Assembly (NCBI GenBank): GCA_965219685.1
Contig: CBDCOH010000002.1
Span: 4,256,001-4,320,000 of the forward strand
Source of the DNA: Candidatus Spongiisociaceae bacterium
GTDB lineage: Bacteria > Actinomycetota > Acidimicrobiia > Spongiisociales > Spongiisociaceae
Length of the DNA: 64,000 nt
Direction of reading: 5' to 3'
In this document: positions 54,844 to 64,000 of the stretch, one piece after another
How positions within the stretch are numbered: the stretch's first letter is position 1
How the letters are laid out: each line of letters opens with the position of its first letter
Made by a program: the position numbers and the translations under genes
The notes under the pieces: generated by a model
The model's input: only the letters and a program-made list of their open reading frames with translations
The model's database searches: none
What the model was told of the DNA's origin: nothing

Positions 54844-55662
54844 TCAGTTCTCGACCTTTTGGCCCGGGAGCAGCTTGTTCCAGATGTCGTAGCGCATGTC
54901 GGCGAACACCGGGTCGCGCTTGAGATCTCCCTCGGTCCGCGGGTAAGCGAACGGTACGTCTATGACTTCGTTGACCGTGCCGGGGTGCGCAGACATGATG
55001 GCGATCCTCCGGGATAGGAAGAGGGCCTCGTCGACGCTGTGGGTGACGAACACGACCGTCTTGCGGGTCTTCTCCCAGATCCTGAGTAACTCGATCTGCA
55101 TGAGCTCGCGTGTCTGGGCGTCCAGCGCCCCGAACGGCTCGTCCATCAACAGGATCTCGGGGTCCACGGCGAGCGCTCTCGCTATGCCGACCCGCTGCTG
55201 CATCCCTCCTGACAGCTCATGGGGATGGAGGCTCGCGAAGCTCTCCAATCCCACCATCCGTATGTACGTCCAGGCGATCTCCTCGCGCTCCGCCCTCGAC
55301 TTGCCCGCGGCCTCGAGGGGGAGGGTCACGTTGCCCATGACCGTCCGCCAGGGGAACAACCCGAATTGTTGGAACACGAAGGACCGGTCACGGCCGGGAC
55401 CGGTCACCGGTCTACCCGAAACCCTCACCTCGCCGACATCGTAGGGAACCAAGCCGTCCAGCACCTTCAGGAGGGTGGTCTTGCCGCAGCCGCTCGGACC
55501 GATCAGGCTGACGAACTCTCCGTCGGCCACGGTCAGGCTGGCGTCCCGCAGCGCCTGAACGGTCCCATGCTGCCTTCCCCGTCTGCCGAAGCGCGTGGAG
55601 GTCGTGCTGGCCTTCCGGTAGTACTTGTCGACGTGCTCGATCTCGATCTTCGGCCTGGCCAC
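54844..55662 (-). CDS. ABC ATP-binding protein (SsuB/TauB-like)
   Basis: GPSGCGKT, LSGGMQQR, MDEPFGALD, VTH. Confidence 0.94.
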   Translation of the reverse strand: MARPKIEIEHVDKYYRKASTTSTRFGRRGRQHGTVQALRDASLTVADGEFVSLIGPSGCGKTTLLKVLDGLVPYDVGEVRVSGRPVTGPGRDRSFVFQQFGLFPWRTVMGNVTLPLEAAGKSRAEREEIAWTYIRMVGLESFASLHPHELSGGMQQRVGIARALAVDPEILLMDEPFGALDAQTRELMQIELLRIWEKTRKTVVFVTHSVDEALFLSRRIAIMSAHPGTVNEVIDVPFAYPRTEGDLKRDPVFADMRYDIWNKLLPGQKVEN

Positions 55663-55728
55663 CGGCCCACTCCTCCCCGAACTGACAGAGCGACAAGAGG
55701 CGGACGTCAGAGGGACGTCCCGCTCATG

Positions 55729-55750
55729 TGTATACAGTGCTCTGTATACA
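55729..55750. promoter_or_regulatory. Tandem TGTATACA palindromes (GntR/FadR-like operator candidate)
   Basis: TGTATACA at 55729-55736 and 55743-55750, between divergent genes. Confidence 0.55.
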
Positions 55751-55891
55751 GACTAGCGGAGGCACGGACCCTGCTCGTAAGAAACCACGATTCCGGTGGG
55801 CACTCCCGCTCATTCCCGCCCACCGTACCCGACGCGGGGACTCCTGATCACGCGTCCGGTCCATCCGCACGGCCCCCGCAGGACCGGCTGC

Positions 55892-57265
55892 GTGGACACC
55901 GATAGAGGTCGGCTGTCCGCGACCGCCGTCCTGGCCATGGTGGCCGCGGCCGTGTTCCTGACCGTGGCCAACACCTCGGCATCGGCGGTCTCCCAACCCG
56001 CCATAGCTCAGACCTTCGGAGCGGGCCCGGCGGATGTCGGTTGGGTCGTCTTCGGTTACTCAGGTACCTTCGCCGTATCCACCGCCCTGTACGGGAGGCT
56101 TGCCGCCCGTTTCGGAGTGGGGAGAACCCTCTCGTTCGGGATCCTGCTGCTCGCGTCCGGTTCCCTGGTCGCGGTCGTGGCGCCGACCTTGCCGCTGGTG
56201 ATCGCAGCCCGGGTGATCCAGGGAGCGGGTTCCGGGGCCATCCCGACCCTCTCGGTAGCCATCCTCGCCACCAGGTTCCCGCCGGAACGGCGCCAGTTCG
56301 CCTACGGGATCGTCACCGCGGTCGTGGGCATCGCCCAGGCGCTGGGACCGATGATCGGTGGCCTGCTCGTGGACCTCATCAGTTGGCGGGCGGCGGTGGC
56401 AATCGGGATGCTGATCTCACCCGTTGCTGCGTTCATATGGTACGACCTGCCCCAGCGAGGGGACCCTACCCGCCGCCTGGACTACGCGGGTGCCGGCTCG
56501 GTCATGCTCATGATCGGCGGCTTCGTCTACGCCATCAACCGGTTCCCGGTAGACGGCGCCACGCTGCTGACCGGGGGCGCAGTGCTGATCGCCGTTCTGG
56601 GCAGCGTGCTCACCGCCTCTCGGGCGAAGCGCCACCCGGCACCGTTCATCCCCCTCTCGGTCGTGTGCGACCGGGGGTTTCTTCCCCTGGCAATCGCCGC
56701 CTTCGTGGGCAGTGCTTCCTACCTGGGTACGATCGTTGCGCTGCCGTCCGCCCTGTCCCGGGTCTACGAGATAGACGCGGTGGGGATCGGCCTGGTCATC
56801 GTTCCCGCCGCGGCCTCGGTCGCCGTCGCATCCACAGCGACCAGCCATGCAGTACGCCGCCTGGGCCATGCGGCTACGACGCTGGTTTCGCTGCTGTTCC
56901 TGATGGCCGGAGCGGGGTTGCTGGCCGCACTGGGGATCGAGCGCGGCCTGGGTTCGGTGGCCCTCATGGGGATACCGCTGGGTATCGGATTCGGACTGCT
57001 GACTCCCCCGCTGGTGGACGCGGTGACGAAACGCTTCGAAGGTCCGTCCCAGTCGATCGCCATCGGGATCTTCTACCTCGGATTCTTCCTGGGTGGATCA
57101 TCGGGTGGAGCGGTCACGACCGGGATCGTCCAACGCGACCTGTCCCTCCCCCTGCTGGGTTCGGGGTTTCCGGTCGGCGAAGCCGGGCTGGCTGCCTTGG
57201 CCTTGGCAGGCGTCATCATGATGGCGCGTCTGCTCAACCCGGATCCCCAACAGGGTGGAAGCTGA
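55892..57265 (+). CDS. MFS transporter (DHA2-like), paralogue of 32549-33922
   Basis: Colinear high similarity (GPADVGWVVFG, RFPPERR, GFPVGEAGLA). Confidence 0.88.
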   Translation: MDTDRGRLSATAVLAMVAAAVFLTVANTSASAVSQPAIAQTFGAGPADVGWVVFGYSGTFAVSTALYGRLAARFGVGRTLSFGILLLASGSLVAVVAPTLPLVIAARVIQGAGSGAIPTLSVAILATRFPPERRQFAYGIVTAVVGIAQALGPMIGGLLVDLISWRAAVAIGMLISPVAAFIWYDLPQRGDPTRRLDYAGAGSVMLMIGGFVYAINRFPVDGATLLTGGAVLIAVLGSVLTASRAKRHPAPFIPLSVVCDRGFLPLAIAAFVGSASYLGTIVALPSALSRVYEIDAVGIGLVIVPAAASVAVASTATSHAVRRLGHAATTLVSLLFLMAGAGLLAALGIERGLGSVALMGIPLGIGFGLLTPPLVDAVTKRFEGPSQSIAIGIFYLGFFLGGSSGGAVTTGIVQRDLSLPLLGSGFPVGEAGLAALALAGVIMMARLLNPDPQQGGS

Positions 57266-57384
57266 CCAGTGTCCCTCGGAGGCCGCTGTCAAGGAGTGGG
57301 ATCGCAGAGCGGTATCCTCGAGTACCGTGACCCGCCGAGACCACCGGACTCGAGGCAGATGAGCCAACTCGCGCAGGGAAACCC

Positions 57385-58461
57385 TTGAGCACCCCCAATA
57401 CCATGCGGGCGATGGCCCTGGCGAGAGTCGGAGGTCCCCAGCACATCGTCGCGACGAACCTGCCCGTACCGGAACCGGCAGACGACGACGTGCTGATCCG
57501 GGTCAGGACGGTGGCAGTCAACCACCAGGACCTCTTCACCATGTCGGGCCGGGCCCACAAGGCCAACCTCTCCTTTCCCCATGTCATGGGGATCGACCCG
57601 TCGGGAGTGGTGGCCGGATACGGATCCCGGGTCACCTCCCTGGGGATCGGGCAACGGGTGGTCGTCAAACCCCCCATAGCCTGCGACGCTTGCGACTTCT
57701 GCGCCCGGGGCGAGGACGACTCCTGCCCCTCCCTCCACAACGTGGGAGTGCACCGCTGGGGCGGCCACGCCGAATACGTCACGGTGCCCGAACGCAGCGT
57801 GTTCCCCATCGCGGGCGGCGTGGCCCACACCAATGCGACCGCGCTGGCCCACTCGTTTCCCGTCGCCGAGCAGATGTTCACGCGGGTGGGGCTCACTGCG
57901 GACGACGTGGTGCTGGTAGGGGGGGCGTCCGGCGCTATCGGCTCCGCCGCCGTCCAACTCGCCAAGCTCGCCGGGGCGTTCGTGATCGGTGCAGCCGGCT
58001 CGCCCGATCGGACCGCACGAGCGGCCATGGCAGGCGCGGACGCGACCATCGACTACACCGCTGAACCCGAGTTCTCGGCCCGGATTCGCGGGATCGCCCC
58101 CGAGGGGGTCACCGTCTTCCTCGACCCCGCCAGCAACCCCCGCGTGTGGGACGAGGTGCTCAAGACGCTACGGAGCCGCGCCCGGGTGGTGGTCTGCGGG
58201 TCGCATGCCGGCCCGATGGTCCGACTCAACAACAACTGGTTGTTCCGGTCGAGGGTGGCCATCTATGGAAGTGCGGGATCCACTCGTCGGGGGATGCAGC
58301 GGTGCCTCGATCTGGCGGCAGCAGGCCGGATCGCCCCGGCGATCGACTCGGTCCGGCCGCTCAGCAGCATCCGGGAGGCGTACGCCGACCTGGGTTCGAG
58401 GCGCAACGTAGGCAAGATCGTCCTAACCGTATCGGACGGGGACGTGCAACAACGCGGCTGA
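57385..58461 (+). CDS. Zn-binding MDR oxidoreductase
   Basis: VNHQD, CDACDFC...C, GASGAIG, GKIVL; catalytic Zn ligands absent (reductase-like). Confidence 0.88.
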   Translation: MSTPNTMRAMALARVGGPQHIVATNLPVPEPADDDVLIRVRTVAVNHQDLFTMSGRAHKANLSFPHVMGIDPSGVVAGYGSRVTSLGIGQRVVVKPPIACDACDFCARGEDDSCPSLHNVGVHRWGGHAEYVTVPERSVFPIAGGVAHTNATALAHSFPVAEQMFTRVGLTADDVVLVGGASGAIGSAAVQLAKLAGAFVIGAAGSPDRTARAAMAGADATIDYTAEPEFSARIRGIAPEGVTVFLDPASNPRVWDEVLKTLRSRARVVVCGSHAGPMVRLNNNWLFRSRVAIYGSAGSTRRGMQRCLDLAAAGRIAPAIDSVRPLSSIREAYADLGSRRNVGKIVLTVSDGDVQQRG

Positions 58462-58969
58462 TGGGTCAGCCGCCCGTCTCTGGACTGCCTGGGAAGCGCT
58501 TCAAGAACTCTACCAGCTGTACGAGGCTGACGACCGGAGCAGACCAACAAGGCAACGAGCCGATTCGCTGATCCCGCGACAGGCCGGATTCCCGAATACC
58601 GCAAGATCGTGGACTCGATCATCGCTCGGGGAGAAGAAATCTTGGTATATCGCGACAGCAGACGAGCATCCAACGGGGCCTCTCGAGGGGGATCAACAAT
58701 CTCCTCTAGGTCCTACACCGCGTCGCTCACGGGTTCACGAACTATGACAAACTACACAGCCCGGAGAATCCTTGTAACGTGACCCCTAAACACCGACAAC
58801 AGCAGCACCCAACCCCACGAAGTCGTGCAGCCTCAACACCTAGGACGCCGGTTACCAGAATCCTAAAGGCTGGCGGGAGCTATTCTGACAGGCGGATTGC
58901 TACGGTCAGCAGTAAGGGCGGTCACGGCCCGCCCATCCGCGTACTCTCTATCGTCGTAAAGAGCCTTCC

Positions 58970-61327
58970 TCAGGACACATGTGAGCAACCGGCCTCGTTG
59001 CATGTGTCATCGAGCAACCCTCTAATACCGGGCGACATATCAAGCTTTGTACGGAATCTCACTATCTCACCGTACAATTCGTCCGGGGCACGACTGATCC
59101 TGCCCCGATTACCCTCAACGAGGTAGCCAGCACGTATTGCCTCCCGAACGATGTCTTCCCGATGCTCAACAATACGCTTGCCCCGCTGTAACGCTCGTGT
59201 AGCGATGTCCTTTCGTCTCCCCCTCCCGGTCTCCTCCACGAACTTACCGAAGAGATGCCTCAGCTGTCGAGCTGCAGCACACGCAGGTTCTGTTACCTTG
59301 ACACTAAGGTGGTCTTTTCCGATCACCTCGCAGAACTGCGCGAAGTCATCCACAAAGCTATCGCCAACATAAGCTGAGTAGAATCTACGTATGTCGCCAA
59401 ACTGAACACTTCTGAGCATTTCTACATTAGAATCGAACCTAGTGCCTTTGATGAGACAGTTGTCTAGACTACTATTAGTGAGATCCGCTTGACGGAAGTC
59501 GGTGTTGGTAAGGTCGGCACCGTCGATTCTGGCTCCACGCAGAACAACGCGCCCGAATCGCATACCTGAAAGATTCAGACCAGCAAACTGGATATCCATG
59601 ATTCGCTTCGTATCTGCGGACATCTGAATCGCTAGTCGTCGAGCGTTCCTTCCGGCTACTGTATCCTCCCTAGTCTTCGCGACCAGCAGCCGCCAGATAT
59701 CATCAACAACGTTGGGATCGATGCATTTGTACATGAGCCGCATAACATTTTCTGGAAGTTCATATTTTTCCCAATCGTGGCCCAGATTACGTGGATGTGA
59801 TTGAAGATTCTGTGCCAAATACTTCGCCGCCGAATAGTGTTTCAACGCTTCGTGTGTAAACCTAAGTCGTCCATCATATCCAGGAGTGAATACAGCAATC
59901 TGTCCCATCTGTGTGATGAGCCTGCTTCCCTCCTCTTCGGTACAGTCAGGTATTACCAGTGCAGCGAACTCTCGGACATCTTCAATCAAGATACCACCCT
60001 CAAAGAGATCAGTGGTAGCACAAGTCCCTATGAACTCATGAACATCTTTGTCAGGTATGCCTAATAGAAGATCCTTCTCACGCTCACGGGCTACGATCCG
60101 TGTGAGCGCTTGCTGAAGAATATGGATTTCGGAACTGTCAGGCTGGAGACCCCCCGCGATATACTCCTCCGTGAGTAGTTTACAGTAATATGGTGTGGAA
60201 GCAAGGTCGTCAAGCACCGGATCGCTGGTTAGGCTCTCAATGAACCTTGCTACGTCGCTCCTCGAAGGTAGCCGCATACTGGCATAGTCGGTCTTAGACT
60301 GCTGTTGCCAGCCTTCCAGTTGATATACAATGACGTAGCTGCTGCAGTCCCCCTCGGAGAAGGCCTTCAGACCGCGATGTGTTTCCAATAAGGAGTCGCG
60401 GACACAAATGACAATAGAAGGTGGTGTTACACCTGAGGGCATAGTCATCAAGTCTTCCAAGTAATCGAAGAATGTCTCATCACGTTCAAGAATCTCATCA
60501 AGTCCGTCCAACAGCCATATTCCTAGTCCATGAATGAGCCTCCAGTTAAACATGTCGCGATCCATCGGCCTAGCGAGTTCAGTCCGAAGATATGCGTCTA
60601 GTAATGAACCTATCGTGGGGGCGGTGGCATCGTATAGGTGTTCAGGTAGCAAGGCAAAGGGTCTGGCGGAGAGTTGTTGTGCACGTTTGTTGGATTGAAA
60701 ATCATCGTACAGGTGTGCGTAAAGAGAAGCGAAGAGAAATGACTTGCCCATACCAGCTGGGCCGACGACAATATGGATTGTCGGGCGCTCAGTATTGCTT
60801 AGCGGTTTGCGAAGTTCACCTCTTAACCTGTCTAATAGATCGGAGCCGGTTCCGTCGCCGTTCGAGCTGGGGGACTGGATGACTCGGAAGGGCTGAGCTA
60901 TTCGTTTGTGAGCGATTTCGCTACCCCGCTTGCGGAGCTCGCTGGTTGCAGACGCGGTCCGTTCATCGCTTTCCCACCTAAAGTTGCGGTCGAAGAACTG
61001 TGCAGGGACGAGGATCCTGACTCCATGCCATCGGCGGGCACCTCTGCGAAACTCTGTACTGAGGCCCTCAAGTGTCGGTACGAGGAGTATCTTTTCCGCA
61101 GCTGGATGCTCAACCATTGCCTCTTCGAAACGGCGCAAATATGGACCTTCACGGGTGCTAAAGCTACCCCCCATGTGTGCTGGAACCCAGACGTAAATGT
61201 AGTCCTTCTCGTCGTCGCCGTGCCTACTATCGCGATTACCGTGTAACAGATCATGGCCACGGGTGCTAACGGCCCAGCCGTCAGCTTCCAAGTAGCTCTT
61301 AGCCAACGTCAAATAGTCCTCTATCAA
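58970..61327 (-). CDS. STAND/NACHT-like NTPase with pentapeptide repeats
   Basis: Walker A GPAGMGKS, Walker B WLLDGLDE, TPYY, pentapeptides (GADLT NTDFR QADLT); AGGAGG RBS, extended -10 TGaTATACT; visibly lower GC. Confidence 0.85.
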   Translation of the reverse strand: MIEDYLTLAKSYLEADGWAVSTRGHDLLHGNRDSRHGDDEKDYIYVWVPAHMGGSFSTREGPYLRRFEEAMVEHPAAEKILLVPTLEGLSTEFRRGARRWHGVRILVPAQFFDRNFRWESDERTASATSELRKRGSEIAHKRIAQPFRVIQSPSSNGDGTGSDLLDRLRGELRKPLSNTERPTIHIVVGPAGMGKSFLFASLYAHLYDDFQSNKRAQQLSARPFALLPEHLYDATAPTIGSLLDAYLRTELARPMDRDMFNWRLIHGLGIWLLDGLDEILERDETFFDYLEDLMTMPSGVTPPSIVICVRDSLLETHRGLKAFSEGDCSSYVIVYQLEGWQQQSKTDYASMRLPSRSDVARFIESLTSDPVLDDLASTPYYCKLLTEEYIAGGLQPDSSEIHILQQALTRIVAREREKDLLLGIPDKDVHEFIGTCATTDLFEGGILIEDVREFAALVIPDCTEEEGSRLITQMGQIAVFTPGYDGRLRFTHEALKHYSAAKYLAQNLQSHPRNLGHDWEKYELPENVMRLMYKCIDPNVVDDIWRLLVAKTREDTVAGRNARRLAIQMSADTKRIMDIQFAGLNLSGMRFGRVVLRGARIDGADLTNTDFRQADLTNSSLDNCLIKGTRFDSNVEMLRSVQFGDIRRFYSAYVGDSFVDDFAQFCEVIGKDHLSVKVTEPACAAARQLRHLFGKFVEETGRGRRKDIATRALQRGKRIVEHREDIVREAIRAGYLVEGNRGRISRAPDELYGEIVRFRTKLDMSPGIRGLLDDTCNEAGCSHVS

Positions 61328-61386
61328 GTTGTCCTCCTGATCAATGGTGAGGCGAGGTCAAGAGTCAGTATATCAAGAACGCCCCC

Positions 61387-62550
<1,164 letters not shown>

Positions 62551-62552
62551 TC

Positions 62553-63519
62553 GCAGCAGCATCGTGAACCGGGTCGTGCTCTCTACCAGTGTCCCGATAG
62601 CGGAACTCCGAACTGCAAAGGTTCAAGTCACCTTCCCTGTGTCCCGGCACTTCCCGGTCGGCGGCCTCGGCCGGTCGTTCGCTGATCATGATCTCGGGCG
62701 TGACGAACTTGCGGGCCCTGCGGCCGGGTCCGCACCCGCGGAACACGCAACGCTCGCCCGGTTCGCAGACTGCCACCAACTCCCGCGGCAGCCCGCCTAA
62801 GCCCTACACCTAAGCTGCCTGGTAGATCGCCTCGTGAGAGATACGCACAGACCTCATTGGGGGAATCGATCCGCAGGTGCCTCGGAGATCTGCTCGGGGC
62901 TCCAAGACGTTTCCCAGCGGTGATCAGCCCGCCGTCCCGGACGGCGACCTGACCACTTGACCGGCCGTGCTGGCACAACCGATCCTGCACATAGCGGCGG
63001 AGTTCGTCGTTGGCAGCCAGCTTGGAGACGTTCGGGCGGCTGGCGCGCCGTTCCGCGTGCCACTGCGCAGTCGTCGCCCGATCAACCACCCCACGGCTGC
63101 CGTGGACGCGTTCCGCCGCAACTCCCGGGAGATAGTCGACGCCGAACGGCCCAGCCGGCGGCCGACCTCCCGCAACTCCACACCCTGCGCATGCAGAATC
63201 GCGATCTCTTCCCGTTCCCCAGACGACAGAAACGGCCTGACTCCGGACCCAGAGAGATCGGCGGCATCCCACCCGCCTGCCGGAACCACCTCGACCCACC
63301 CGCAGACGACACCCCAGCCTCTGGGGCCTGGCGTCCTCACTCGATACACCCCGAGCGATCGCTTCCCAGATCCGGAGCCGGTCCTCACGCCGCGCTGTCG
63401 ACGGTCGACCAGGCGACCGCATCTGACCAGCCATCGCCTGAATCCCCTCCCGGCGCTTCACAACACTCACCATGAACCTCCTTCATCACCAAGTGTTGCG
63501 ACCACCAATTGAATCCGCC
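62553..63519 (-). mobile_element. Degraded IS30-family element, 3'-truncated
   Basis: Frameshifted pieces FLSSGEREEIA, LGRSASTISRELRRN, WSPEQIS, MISERPAEAADREVPGHREGDL; end sequence GGCGGATTCAATTGGTGGTCGCAACAC. Confidence 0.88.
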
Positions 63520-63625
63520 CAATACCTATCCATCCGCTACAGCAGCCAGCTCACCGAAGCTGAACCGCCCCTTCCCATGGCGGTGTGACCGAGGCCTGAA
63601 GAGTAAGGCTAAACGAGTCCCAGAA

Positions 63626-64000
63626 TCAGGACACTAAGGAGGGTGATGAGCGGATCGCCTGCCAGACCCGGGCCGGCGTGAGGGGGAAGTCCAGGGATGT
63701 CACCCCGTCCTCGCGAAGGGCGTCGTAGACGGCGTTTAGGATCGCGGGCGGAGCCCCGATACACCCGGCCTCGCCCGTTCCCTTGGCGCCGAGAGGATTG
63801 CCGGGTGAGGGGGTCGTGGTCCGCCGGATGGTCAGCGGGAAGGGCTGGATAGCGGTGGGGACGAGGTAGGCGGCCAGGTTGGCGTTCATCGGCTGCCCGT
63901 CGGGGTCGTATATGACCTCCTCGAGCAACGCCTCCCCGACTCCCTGCATGATCGAGCCGTGGACCTGGCCCTCGACGATCATCGGGTTAAGAACGTTGCC
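63626..64000 (-). CDS. C-terminal part of a second xanthine dehydrogenase-family Mo subunit (runs off the window)
   Basis: NPMIVEGQVHG, NPLGAKGTGEAG, PLTPARVW. Confidence 0.88.
   Translation of the reverse strand, partial: GNVLNPMIVEGQVHGSIMQGVGEALLEEVIYDPDGQPMNANLAAYLVPTAIQPFPLTIRRTTTPSPGNPLGAKGTGEAGCIGAPPAILNAVYDALREDGVTSLDFPLTPARVWQAIRSSPSLVS

Overview
GC-rich actinobacterial chromosome segment. The SLH/Ig-like proteins and many leaderless TAnnnT promoters suggest Acidimicrobiia, but that taxonomy is inference. 1-16.6 kb is mostly housekeeping: metG, Fic, rmuC, deoC plus two ALDH, an S41 protease with SLH repeats, two AlkA-like glycosylases, pgl, a rhodanese and a HEXXH lipoprotein. 17-23 kb holds a catabolic unit (fucose/arabinose-isomerase-like, uncharacterised Cys-motif protein, Zn-ADH, PTE-like, SDR), followed by a variant rnhB and a DUF4242 gene bracketed by 7-bp tandem arrays. 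24.4-29.4 kb is a cobalamin-dependent methyltransferase system containing an unknown 4-Cys protein, followed by a MazEF-like pair. 30.4-58.5 kb is a large catabolic island: three paralogous LLMs, a cyclic amidohydrolase, a NaaA-like M20 enzyme, a CoxMSL-like Mo hydroxylase, an amidase, a Cys-less nitrilase, an atypical alpha/beta hydrolase, an ABC importer with a duplicated binding protein, and paralogous MFS genes. 59-61.3 kb is a low-GC STAND/NACHT-pentapeptide gene, a candidate defence protein. 61.4-63.5 kb is nested decayed IS3, group II intron and IS30 sequence. No rRNA, tRNA or CRISPR was seen. All family assignments come from motif recognition by eye, not database searches.
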